A program made the translations under genes and the position numbers. The notes under the pieces were generated by a model. The model worked only from the letters and a program-made list of their open reading frames with translations. It made no database searches and was not told where the DNA came from. From Betaproteobacteria bacterium (lineage in GTDB: Bacteria; Pseudomonadota; Gammaproteobacteria; Burkholderiales; JACQAP01), in the NCBI GenBank assembly GCA_043758735.1, contig JAYVMZ010000056.1, forward strand, positions 1 through 36,843: 36,843 nucleotides of DNA. Reading direction: 5' to 3'. Positions 17,373 to 26,205 of this stretch are shown piece after piece (the first letter of the stretch is position 1; every line of letters starts with the position of its first letter).

Positions 17373-18491
17373 CTAAAGCAGCACAAGGTTGTCTCGGTGA
17401 ATAAGCTCGGGCTCGTCGATATAGCCCAGGCGGGCCTCGATTTCATGGCTCGGCGACTTCAGGATCTTGCGCGTCTCGATTGAGCTGTAGTTCACCAGTC
17501 CGCGCGCGATCTCATGGCCTAGCGGGTCCAGGCAGCTCACGACCTCGCCGCGCTCGAATTCTCCCGCCGCTTCGAATACGCCGATCGGCAGCAGGCTTTT
17601 TCCATCGGTCTTGAGCGCGCGTACGGCCCCATCGTCGAGCTTGAGCTTGCCGCGCACCTGCAGGTGGTCCGCCATCCATTGTTTGCGCGCCGCGAGCGTC
17701 AATGTTTCCGCATTGAGCTGCGTGCCTATCGCTTCGCCGGAAGCCAGCCGGACCAGCACGTTGGCTTCGCGTCCTGAAGCGATGATGGTAGCGGCGCCGC
17801 TGCGCGCCGCGCGCCTGGCCGCGAGTACTTTCGTGAGCATTCCGCCGCTGCCTATGTGGCTTCCCACGCCGCCCGCCATTTTCTCCAGGCTGGCGTCACC
17901 GGCTCTGGCTTCCTTGATCAGTTCGGCGTCCGCATGGCGTCGCGGATCCCTGGTGTACAGACCGGGTTGGTCGGTCAGGATGACCAGCGCATCGGCTTCG
18001 ATCAGGTTGGTCACGAGTGCGGCAAGCGTATCGTTGTCGCCGAACCGGATCTCGTCGGTGGCGACCGTGTCGTTCTCGTTGATCACCGGGATGACACCCA
18101 GGTCGAGCAGGGTTCGCAAGGTCGAGCGCGCGTTGAGGTAGCGTTTGCGGTCCGCCAGGTCTTCATGCGTCAGCAAGATCTGCGCGGTATGCAGGTCGTG
18201 CTTGCGGAAACAGGATTCGTAGGCCTCGACCAGACCCATCTGGCCGACGGCGGCTGCGGCCTGCAATTCGTGCAGCGCGTTCGGCCGGCGCTTCCAGCCG
18301 AGCCGCTGCATGCCCTCGGCGACCGCGCCGCTCGACACCAGCACGACTTCTTTCTTGCGCCGCCTGAGTTCGGCGATCTGCTCGGCCCAGCGCGCAAGCG
18401 CGGCGTGGTCGAGCCCCTGGCCTTCGTTCGTGACGAGGCTGCTGCCGACCTTGACGACCAGGCGTCGCGCTTCTGCGGCGATTGATTTCAT
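17373..18491 (-). CDS. proB: Glutamate 5-kinase
   Basis: The N-terminus is [11 protein letters not shown]. An amino-acid kinase core is followed by a C-terminal PUA-like region. 372 aa, 20 nt downstream of obg. Confidence 0.92.
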   Translation of the reverse strand: MKSIAAEARRLVVKVGSSLVTNEGQGLDHAALARWAEQIAELRRRKKEVVLVSSGAVAEGMQRLGWKRRPNALHELQAAAAVGQMGLVEAYESCFRKHDLHTAQILLTHEDLADRKRYLNARSTLRTLLDLGVIPVINENDTVATDEIRFGDNDTLAALVTNLIEADALVILTDQPGLYTRDPRRHADAELIKEARAGDASLEKMAGGVGSHIGSGGMLTKVLAARRAARSGAATIIASGREANVLVRLASGEAIGTQLNAETLTLAARKQWMADHLQVRGKLKLDDGAVRALKTDGKSLLPIGVFEAAGEFERGEVVSCLDPLGHEIARGLVNYSSIETRKILKSPSHEIEARLGYIDEPELIHRDNLVLL

Positions 18492-18511
18492 GGCTATGCG
18501 GCGCTTGCGGG

Positions 18512-19573
18512 TTACTCGGTATCTTCCGCGTTCTCGGCGGGTTCGGTTCGGGCGTTGCGTTGCAGGTGATCCATGATGGCGAAGGTGAGTTCGCGACCCC
18601 CTTCACCGGTGAGCGCGGAAATGATAAAGGTTTTCTCCGGTTCGGAAACCAGGCGCGTGTACGCCGACAGGAAAGTCCGGATCCTCTCCTCGCGATCCTC
18701 GGTCGGGATCAGATCGACCTTGTTCAGCACCAGCCAGCGCGGCTTGCGAAACAGCGACTCGTCATACTTGCGCAGCTCCTCGACGATGGCGCGAGCATCG
18801 TTCGCGGGATCCGCGTTCTCGTCGAAAGGCGCCACGTCGACCAGGTGCAGCAGCAAGCGGGTGCGTTGCAGATGGCGCAGGAACTGGTGGCCCAGACCCG
18901 CACCTTCGGACGCGCCTTCGATCAGGCCGGGAATGTCGGCAATCACAAAGCTGCGGTTTTCGTCCACGCGCACCACGCCGAGATTCGGATGCAGCGTGGT
19001 GAAGGGGTAATCGGCAACCTTCGGCCGCGCGGCGGAGACGGAGCGGATATAAGTCGACTTGCCCGCGTTCGGCAGCCCGAGCAGGCCGACATCGGCCAGG
19101 ACCTTGAGTTCGAGCTTCAGGCGGCGGCTTTCGCCGAGCGTGCCGGGCGTGAATTGGCGCGGCGAGCGGTTGGTGCTCGATTTGAAATGGATGTTGCCCA
19201 GCCCGCCCTGGCCGCCTTTGGCGAGGACAGCGGTCTGGTCGTGGGTTGAAAGGTCCGCCAGAACGTCGCCCGTCTCGATATCGGTTACCACCGTGCCGAC
19301 GGGAAATCGCAGGATGATGTCCTCCGCCGCGGCGCCGTAGCAATCCGCCCCGCGGCCTTTTTCGCCGTTGCGCGCGCGATGGATGCGGGCGTAGCGATAC
19401 TCGACCAGCGTATTGATGTTGCGATCGGCGATGGCGAGAATGCTGCCGCCGCGTCCGCCGTCCCCGCCGTCAGGACCGCCGCGCGGGATGAACTTCTCGC
19501 GCCGGAAGCTCGCGCTGCCGTCGCCGCCCTTTCCGGCGTGGACTTCGATGTTCGATTCGTCGACGAATTTCAT
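18512..19573 (-). CDS. obgE: GTPase Obg/CgtA
   Basis: The N-terminus is MKFVDE....[28 protein letters not shown]. The G motifs GLPNAGKST and DIPGLIEGA are present. Confidence 0.95.
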   Translation of the reverse strand: MKFVDESNIEVHAGKGGDGSASFRREKFIPRGGPDGGDGGRGGSILAIADRNINTLVEYRYARIHRARNGEKGRGADCYGAAAEDIILRFPVGTVVTDIETGDVLADLSTHDQTAVLAKGGQGGLGNIHFKSSTNRSPRQFTPGTLGESRRLKLELKVLADVGLLGLPNAGKSTYIRSVSAARPKVADYPFTTLHPNLGVVRVDENRSFVIADIPGLIEGASEGAGLGHQFLRHLQRTRLLLHLVDVAPFDENADPANDARAIVEELRKYDESLFRKPRWLVLNKVDLIPTEDREERIRTFLSAYTRLVSEPEKTFIISALTGEGGRELTFAIMDHLQRNARTEPAENAEDTE

Positions 19574-19598
19574 ATCTAAACCACTCTAGAACACATTG

Positions 19599-19749
19599 GA
19601 CACGAAGGACACGAAGGACACGAAGGAAAGGCAGGCAAGGGTCACGATGGAAATATCCAAGCGACGAGACGAAAAGGGTTGCCATAGCTGCAATCTCGAC
19701 GTGAAACGAACCAGTTCCGATTTCAGGTTTTCCTTCGTGTCCTTCGTGT
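19599..19749. repeat. Hairpin element B: (GACACGAAG)x3 left arm, (CCTTCGTGT)x2 right arm, 99-nt spacer
   Basis: A 21-nt perfect complement pairs acacgaaggacacgaaggaaa (19609-19629) with tttccttcgtgtccttcgtgt (19729-19749). The left arm has one extra unit. Confidence 0.75.
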
Positions 19750-19783
19750 TAACAGAATTCCTGATCTCGCGTCCGAGGCAGGG

Positions 19784-19816
19784 AAACAAAAAAGCCCTAC
19801 CGGATCGATAGGGCTT
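19784..19816 (-). terminator. Rho-independent terminator after rpmA
   Basis: On the minus strand the stem AAGCCCTA/TAGGGCTT is followed by TTTTTTGTTT. It lies 22 nt after the rpmA stop. Confidence 0.8.
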
Positions 19817-19837
19817 CTGGGCTTGAAGCGGGAAACC

Positions 19838-20095
19838 TTACGCCGGCACGACGTTGACGGTCTTCTTCTTGAACGGGCCCTTGGTCGTGAAGTTCACGGT
19901 GCCCGTGATCTTCGCGAACAGCGTGTGATCCTTGCCGATACCGACATTTTCGCCGGGGTGAACCTGGGTGCCACGCTGGCGGATGATGATGCTGCCGGCG
20001 GAGATCACTTCACCGCCATAACGCTTCACGCCGAGGCGCTTGGACTGCGAGTCGCGGCCGTTACGGGAACTGCCGCCTGCTTTTTTGTGTGCCAT
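19838..20095 (-). CDS. rpmA: 50S ribosomal protein L27
   Basis: [22 protein letters not shown]. 85 aa, with AAGGAA upstream. Confidence 0.97.
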   Translation of the reverse strand: MAHKKAGGSSRNGRDSQSKRLGVKRYGGEVISAGSIIIRQRGTQVHPGENVGIGKDHTLFAKITGTVNFTTKGPFKKKTVNVVPA

Positions 20096-20107
20096 GTTCT
20101 GGGTTCC

Positions 20108-20415
20108 TTATGCCGAGATCGCGCCGATCTGAATCTCGGTGTAGTTCTGCCGATGTCCGCCATGACGCTGATAGTGCTTGCGCCGGCGCATCTTGAAGAT
20201 GGTCACCTTGTCGTGGCGCCCGTGGGACACGACCGTGGCTTCGACCTTTGCCCCGGCTACCAACGGCGCCCCGATCGAGACCTTGTCGCCATCCGCGACC
20301 ATCAGAACATCCACGGCAACCTGGCTGCCAATGTCCGCAGGTAGCTGTTCTACCTTGATTTTTTCGCCTGGGGCAACGCGATACGCTTGCCGCCGGTTTT
20401 TATGACCGCATACAT
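20108..20415 (-). pseudogene. rplU: 50S ribosomal protein L21, reading frame interrupted by an apparent 1-nt deletion after codon 10 (possibly a sequence error)
   Basis: ATG at 20415 (GAGGG Shine-Dalgarno sequence) gives [10 protein letters not shown] and then reaches a stop at 20350. The rest of L21 ([34 protein letters not shown]...[16 protein letters not shown]) is in another frame, ending at 20108. Observed AAGCGTATCGC versus expected AAG CAG TAT CGC. Confidence 0.6.
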
Positions 20416-20612
20416 GATGAGACCCTCGGTACGCTTTTGAGGAAAGCCGGGCATACTACAAAAAAAGAAGGGCTTAGTAAAGCAAATGTGTCGGCCAGGG
20501 GCGGGTGGCCCATCGGCTTTCGCCCTTCGCGTATTTCCTTGACACTCCACCGGCGCGGTTTCTACCATCGCGCACTTTGCTAGGCGGCGACGCTCTTTCA
20601 CCCCGTTCCTTT

Positions 20613-21581
20613 GTGACCCCTGAAATCATCAAAAGCCTGATTGTCGCGGACATGGACAAGGTTGACCTCGTCATCCGCGATCGACTCAAATCCGACGTGG
20701 TTCTGATCCGGCAGGTAGCCGACTACATTATTGGCAGCGGCGGCAAAAGATTGCGACCCGCGCTGGTCATCTTGTCGGCGGGAGCCTGCGGCTATTCGGG
20801 ACGGCATCACCACGATTTGGCGGCGGTCGTCGAGTTCATCCATACCGCCACGCTCCTGCACGACGATGTCGTGGACGATTCGCATATGCGGCGCGGGCGC
20901 GCAACAGCCAATTCCACGTTCGGCAATGCGGCGGCCGTATTGGTCGGCGATTTCCTCTATTCGCGCGCCTTCCAGATGATGGTCGAAGTGCAGAACATGC
21001 GCATCATGGAGGTCCTGGCCGATGCCACCAACACCATTGCAGAGGGCGAGGTGATGCAGCTCCTGCACGTGCAAAATGCCGACGTGACCGAGCACGACTA
21101 CCTGCGCGTGATCCGTTCGAAGACCGCAAAGCTGTTCGAGGCCGCAGGGCGCATTGGCGCCATTCTTGCCGCAGTGCCGGCGGGTGAGGAAGAGGCATTG
21201 GCGAACTACGGCATGCACCTGGGTACGGCCTTTCAGCTGGTGGACGACATACTCGATTATTCGGGCGATCTGGCGCAGACCGGGAAGAATCTCGGCGATG
21301 ACCTGGCCGAAGGCAAGGCCACCCTTCCCATCATCCATGCGATGCGCAATGGCAGCGCGGAACAGGCTGCGATCATCCGCAATGCTCTTGTAAGCGGAGG
21401 TTTGAGCGATTTCGCGCCCGTGCTCAAAACAATGCAGGAGACCGGCGCCCTCGATTACACGCGCAAACAGGCGGAGGCGTCGGCGCGTGAGGCACGCGAT
21501 TCGGTCGCCGCACTGCCCGATTCAAAATACAGGGATAGTTTGATAGAATTGGCGGCCTTTGCGGTGAACCGCAATTACTGA
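20613..21581 (+). CDS. ispB: Octaprenyl-diphosphate synthase
   Basis: The two aspartate-rich motifs are LLHDDVVDDS and the DDILDY region. A GTG start at 20613 gives 322 aa and an N-terminus that aligns with E. coli IspB. The start is uncertain (ATG alternative at 20652, ORF track at 20505). Confidence 0.85.
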   Translation: MTPEIIKSLIVADMDKVDLVIRDRLKSDVVLIRQVADYIIGSGGKRLRPALVILSAGACGYSGRHHHDLAAVVEFIHTATLLHDDVVDDSHMRRGRATANSTFGNAAAVLVGDFLYSRAFQMMVEVQNMRIMEVLADATNTIAEGEVMQLLHVQNADVTEHDYLRVIRSKTAKLFEAAGRIGAILAAVPAGEEEALANYGMHLGTAFQLVDDILDYSGDLAQTGKNLGDDLAEGKATLPIIHAMRNGSAEQAAIIRNALVSGGLSDFAPVLKTMQETGALDYTRKQAEASAREARDSVAALPDSKYRDSLIELAAFAVNRNY

Positions 21582-21591
21582 AACTCACCGT

Positions 21592-21668
<77 letters not shown>

Positions 21669-21696
21669 ATCCATACATACGCGCTGCGAGGTCCTC

Positions 21697-21951
21697 ATGG
21701 CAAAATTTCTCCTCGTCATCGCCGTCTTTATTGTCTTTTACCTGTTCCTGCGCAACCAGGCGAGGAAGTCGTCGGGCATGCCGCCGCCGCATTCCTCGCC
21801 GAAACAAGATTCCCCGTCAAAGCATGGCGAAGACATGGTTCGATGCGGCGTTTGCGGCGTGCACCTGCCGACCAGCGAAGCGGTGACCTCCCGCGGCGAC
21901 TTCTTCTGCAGCAAAGAGCATCTGCAACTCGCCGATCGGGAACGCCGTTAG
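21697..21951 (+). CDS. Small membrane-anchored Cys/His protein (PP0621-like; C-x2-C-x17-C-x3-H)
   Basis: The N-terminal TM segment is FLLVIAVFIVFYLFL. The C-terminus is VRCGVCGVHLPTSEAVTSRGDFFCSKEH. It lies 21 nt upstream of the histidine kinase gene. Confidence 0.65.
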   Translation: MAKFLLVIAVFIVFYLFLRNQARKSSGMPPPHSSPKQDSPSKHGEDMVRCGVCGVHLPTSEAVTSRGDFFCSKEHLQLADRERR

Positions 21952-21972
21952 CCGCAATCTCCGCCAGGGCCG

Positions 21973-23595
21973 ATGAGCAGTACTCCATTTCCGCTCCAGG
22001 GTTTCTCGGTCGAACGCCGGCAGTACGGGGATGCCTTCTGGCGCTCGCTGTTTTACTTCAACGCCTATCGCCTTGCCACCGGCGTGGTGCTGTTCGTTGC
22101 CGCCGTAACCTTGGGCGACAACATCCCGTTCGGCTCCAACAGCCGGCAGGTCTATTTATATGCGGACGCCGGCTACATCCTTTTCAGCCTGCTGGCGTTT
22201 GCCGCCGTGCTGCCGCGCAAACCTTACTTCACCGTTCAACTCGCCGTACAGATCTGCGCGGACATCTTCTTTCTGACTTTGCTGATGCACGCCAGCGGCG
22301 GCATCAGCAGCGGCCTGGGCTTGCTCCTCGTGGTTTCGCTGGCTGCAGTGGGGTTGATCAGCCGCGGCAGGCTCACGCTGTTCTTTGCCGCGCTGGCCAC
22401 GATTGCCGTGCTCGGCGAGCAGACCTATCAGGTGGTATTCCTCTCAGGCTCCACCGCGCAGTACGCCCAGGCAGGATTGCTGAGCATCGGTTTTTTTGCC
22501 ACCGGCTGGCTGGCGCACTCGCTCGCCAGGCGCGCCGTCGCAATCGAGGCGATCGTGGCGCAGCGCGAAATCGATCTCGCCAACCTTGCGCAAGTGAATC
22601 AGCTGGTGATCCAGGACATGCAGGACGGCGTTCTCGTGGTCGACGAAGGCGGGGTGATACGCCAGATCAACAGCCAGGCGGAGTCCATCCTCGGTCCGCT
22701 GCGCCGCACGCATCGGGAAATCCTCCTGCAGGACTATGCGCCGACGCTGGCCGCGCGCCTGGGACAATGGCGGCGTGATCCGGGCAGTTCCGGATTAGAC
22801 CCGCTGCGCACGGTGCAGACGCACAAGCCGACGGCGGCGCGCTTCGTCCAGGCGGGCATCAGCCGCAATGTCGGTGTCGTGATTTTTCTGGAAGACCTGA
22901 CGCGTGTCCAGCAGCAGGCCCAGCAGCTCAAACTCGCGTCGCTGGGCCGGCTCACCGCCAACATTGCCCACGAAATCAGGAATCCGCTGTCGGCGATCAA
23001 CCACGCCACCGAGTTGCTGCTCGAGGACTCCGCTTTGCGCAGTCCCTCGCACGCGCGGATGCTGCAGATCATCCACGACAATACGCAGCGGCTCGACCGC
23101 ATGGTCCAGGACGTGCTTAAGTTGAACCGTCGCGATCGCGCGGTGCGAGAGCACTTCGACCTGGGCGAGTACCTGGCAACCTTTGCTGCGGAATTCTGCG
23201 AAATCGAAAAAGTGGCGACCGATACCATTCGCCTGGAGGCGCAGATCGCGGCTACTATCTCCTTCGACCGTAGCCACCTGAACCAGATCATGTGGAACCT
23301 GTGCCGTAATGCGTTGCGCTACTGCCAGAAAAATCCGGGGAGTATCGTCGTAAGCGTGCGCCCGGGTCCGCGGAAGGGTACGGTAGAATTAAACGTCATC
23401 GACGACGGCATGGGCATCGCCGAGTCGTTGCGCGCGCATCTGTTCGAACCGTTTTTCACCACAGCATCCAGCGGCACGGGGCTCGGCCTTTATATCGCTC
23501 GCGAGATTTGCGAGGCAAATGCGGCTACGCTCGACTATGTGGAGCGGCCGGTCGGTGCCCAGTTCAGTTTGGTCTGCAGAGGAGCTTCAGCGTGA
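21973..23595 (+). CDS. Sensor histidine kinase, PilS-like (multi-TM N-terminus, PAS, HisKA, HATPase)
   Basis: About six hydrophobic segments occupy the first 190 aa. The H-box is ANIAHEIRNPLSAINHATELL. The C-terminal part has N, G1 and G2 boxes (NLCRNAL, DDGMGI, GTGLGL). Confidence 0.85.
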   Translation: MSSTPFPLQGFSVERRQYGDAFWRSLFYFNAYRLATGVVLFVAAVTLGDNIPFGSNSRQVYLYADAGYILFSLLAFAAVLPRKPYFTVQLAVQICADIFFLTLLMHASGGISSGLGLLLVVSLAAVGLISRGRLTLFFAALATIAVLGEQTYQVVFLSGSTAQYAQAGLLSIGFFATGWLAHSLARRAVAIEAIVAQREIDLANLAQVNQLVIQDMQDGVLVVDEGGVIRQINSQAESILGPLRRTHREILLQDYAPTLAARLGQWRRDPGSSGLDPLRTVQTHKPTAARFVQAGISRNVGVVIFLEDLTRVQQQAQQLKLASLGRLTANIAHEIRNPLSAINHATELLLEDSALRSPSHARMLQIIHDNTQRLDRMVQDVLKLNRRDRAVREHFDLGEYLATFAAEFCEIEKVATDTIRLEAQIAATISFDRSHLNQIMWNLCRNALRYCQKNPGSIVVSVRPGPRKGTVELNVIDDGMGIAESLRAHLFEPFFTTASSGTGLGLYIAREICEANAATLDYVERPVGAQFSLVCRGASA

Positions 23596-24956
23596 AACGC
23601 AAGGATCAGCCCGCAGGATCGACATCGCGTTCGGTGCTCATCGTCGACGATGAAGAAGATATTCTCGAACTCATCGAGCTTACCCTGTTGCGCATGGGAC
23701 TGGATGTCGACCGCGCAACGACCGTCAAGGGGGCGATCGAGAAGGTGCAGGCGGGCGATTACGACCTTTGCCTGACCGACATGCGCCTGCCCGATGGCGA
23801 AGGCCTCGAGCTTGTGCAGTTCATCTCCGACAACCTGTCGGATCTCCCGGTTGCGGTGATCACCGCCCACGGCAATACCGAAAATGCCGTGGCGGCCCTG
23901 AAGGCCGGGGCTTTCGACTACCTGGCCAAGCCGGTTTCTCTGGAACAGCTGCGCACGCTGGTCAAATCCGCCCTCTCGCTGCCGCAACCCGCGGCAACCA
24001 AGTCCTCGAACGAGCAGGCGATGATTGGCGATTCTGCCGCCATCCAGCAGGCCCGCGAACTGATCGAAAAGCTCGCGCGGAGCGAAGCGCCCGTGCACAT
24101 TACCGGCGAATCGGGCAGCGGCAAGGAGCTTGCGGCGCGGCTCATCCACCAGAAAGGCGCGCGCCGTGCCCAGCCCTTCGTTCCGGTCAATTGCGGGGCC
24201 ATTCCGGAAAACCTCATGGAGTCGGAATTCTTCGGCTACCGCAAGGGCGCCTTTACCGGAGCGGACAGCGACCGGGATGGTTTCTTCCAGGCGGCGCATG
24301 GCGGCACGCTGTTCCTCGACGAAGTCGCCGATCTGCCGCTGCCGATGCAGGTCAAGCTGCTGCGGGCGATCCAGGAGAAGAAGGTGCGCAAGGTCGGCGC
24401 GACCCAGGAAGACTCGCTCGACGTGCGCATCATCAGCGCCACCCACCAGAAACTGGGTGAATGCGTGGAAGGGGGCAAGTTCCGGCATGACCTTTACTAC
24501 CGGCTCAACGTGATCGAGTTGCGCATGCCGGCGTTGCGGGAGATGCGCGAAGACATCCCGCAGTTCGTCGGAGCGCTGCTCGACAAGCTGTCTCGCAATG
24601 CCGGCTCGAAGAAGCCGGAAATCGCCCCCGAGGCGCTGGAGGATCTGAAACGTTACGACTTCCCGGGAAACGTCCGTGAACTCGAGAACGTGCTCGAACG
24701 GGCGATGGCATTGTGCAGCGACGGCAAGGTGACGGCGGAAGATCTCCAGCTCACGCCCGAGGATATTCCAGGACAGCCTGTTGTCATCGGCGGCGACAGC
24801 AAGGCGCCGTTGCAGGACTATCTCGATCGCGTCGAGAAAGAGGCCATCCTCGAGGCGCTGGAAAAGACTCGCTACAACCGCACGGCAGCGGCCAAGCTGC
24901 TGGGCATTACCTTCCGCTCGATGCGCTACCGGATGGAGCGCCTGGGGCTGAATTGA
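23592..24956 (+). CDS. Sigma-54-dependent response regulator, PilR/NtrC-like
   Basis: The GTG start overlaps the kinase stop (GTGA), with GGAG 7 nt upstream. It has a receiver domain (LIVDDEEDI...DMRLPDG), an AAA+ domain with GESGSGKE and the GAFTGA motif, and a C-terminal Fis-type HTH. Confidence 0.88.
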   Translation: MKRKDQPAGSTSRSVLIVDDEEDILELIELTLLRMGLDVDRATTVKGAIEKVQAGDYDLCLTDMRLPDGEGLELVQFISDNLSDLPVAVITAHGNTENAVAALKAGAFDYLAKPVSLEQLRTLVKSALSLPQPAATKSSNEQAMIGDSAAIQQARELIEKLARSEAPVHITGESGSGKELAARLIHQKGARRAQPFVPVNCGAIPENLMESEFFGYRKGAFTGADSDRDGFFQAAHGGTLFLDEVADLPLPMQVKLLRAIQEKKVRKVGATQEDSLDVRIISATHQKLGECVEGGKFRHDLYYRLNVIELRMPALREMREDIPQFVGALLDKLSRNAGSKKPEIAPEALEDLKRYDFPGNVRELENVLERAMALCSDGKVTAEDLQLTPEDIPGQPVVIGGDSKAPLQDYLDRVEKEAILEALEKTRYNRTAAAKLLGITFRSMRYRMERLGLN

Positions 24957-25119
24957 AACAGGGGAGAGGGGAGAGGGACACCCGGCTTCGCTGGATACCG
25001 GGCTTCGCCCATAAGGGACGAGGGAAGTTCCTCCTGCTAAGGCCTTGGGGTTTTCCCCTTAACGTCGAAGACCGGTATCCCGTGGGCGCCGCTCGCCGCT
25101 CGCCCCTCGACCCTGCCGC

Positions 25120-25689
25120 ATGACAAAGTCTGCGGCGGCGTGGCGCCTGGACGATGGCGGGCTGCTTTCGGCGGCGGTCCATATCCCCTCCCCGAATTTC
25201 GACGACAGGCCCGATGGCGCGTCCATCGACCTCCTGGTCGTGCACAACATCAGCCTGCCCCCCGGAGAATTCGGCGGTCCCGGCATCATCGAACTGTTTA
25301 CCAACCGTCTCGATCCGAACGCCCATCCGTACTACCGTCAGATCGCGGACGCAAAGGTGTCCAGCCATTTCCTCATCCGCCGGGATGGCGAACTGATCCA
25401 GTTCGTGCCTTGCAGCCGGCGCGCGTGGCACGCCGGCCGGTCGGAATGGCAGGGCCGCAGCCGCTGCAATGATTTCTCCGTCGGCGTCGAACTCGAGGGC
25501 ACCGACGATCAGGCTTTCGCCGATTCCCAGTACGCCACCCTGGCGGCGCTGGCGTCCGTGCTGCTCGCTACCTATCCGATCCGACATTGCGTCGGCCATT
25601 CCGACATCGCTGTGCCGCCAGGTCGCAAGTCCGATCCCGGACCCCATTTCGACTGGGTCCGCTTTCGGGCGATGCTTGAGAAGCGGTAA
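25120..25689 (+). CDS. ampD: 1,6-anhydro-N-acetylmuramyl-L-alanine amidase AmpD
   Basis: 189 aa, cytoplasmic. Amidase_2 motifs are present: LLVVHNISLPPGEFGG, SSHFLIRRDGELIQFV, AWHAG.S.W and GHSDIAPGRK.DPGP.FDW. Confidence 0.9.
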   Translation: MTKSAAAWRLDDGGLLSAAVHIPSPNFDDRPDGASIDLLVVHNISLPPGEFGGPGIIELFTNRLDPNAHPYYRQIADAKVSSHFLIRRDGELIQFVPCSRRAWHAGRSEWQGRSRCNDFSVGVELEGTDDQAFADSQYATLAALASVLLATYPIRHCVGHSDIAVPPGRKSDPGPHFDWVRFRAMLEKR

Positions 25690-26069
25690 AGATGCGCGGC
25701 ACCAGGCGCATTTCAGTGCAGGCTAACGTTTGCTTAGCCAACGTTATGCCGGAACTACAATTCCATCTCATGCGGGCTATGCCCGCATATTCGTGACGGC
25801 GCACGCTGCGCTGCAACCCTGACTTGCAATCCGTCTGCCCGCCGCCATTCGACATGCGCGGCCAGCGCCGCAATATTCACTTCCGCATCGTCGTAGATGT
25901 CGCGCACCTTCAGCGCGCTGCGCAACCATCCGCCGCCCATTTGCCGGCAGTGATGCGCTGATTTGCTGCGCGTGCCGCGATCCGTGGGCACCATCGGCGC
26001 GTTTTAGCGTTATCGCGCTGCCTAGTTAAAGCGCAGCCGAGCATTCTGATTTCCAAATATAAAAATTTC

Positions 26070-26097
26070 TTGACAGGGTGAGTGGGGGTACTAGAAT
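26070..26097 (+). promoter_or_regulatory. Candidate sigma-70 promoter of nrdAB
   Basis: TTGACA (26070-26075), a 16-nt spacer, then TAGAAT (26092-26097). An A/T-rich, UP-like stretch (aaatataaaaattt) lies immediately upstream. Confidence 0.55.
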
Positions 26098-26135
26098 TAG
26101 TCTTTATGGTTCGGCTTGGGCACAACATATAGTGG
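26088..26135. promoter_or_regulatory. Candidate tandem NrdR boxes
   Basis: Box 2 (26120-26135, gcACAACATATAGTGg) matches 13/16 of the published acaCwAtATaTwGtgt consensus. Box 1 (26088-26103, gtACTAGAATTAGTct) matches 10/16 and overlaps the -10. Centre-to-centre spacing is 32 bp, as expected for NrdR box pairs. Confidence 0.5.
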
Positions 26136-26205
26136 TTTCGTGTAAATCCCTAATCCCGGCGCCGGCAGTTGCTTTAGCGCGACAAGAACATTCGAGGGAG
26201 AAAAA

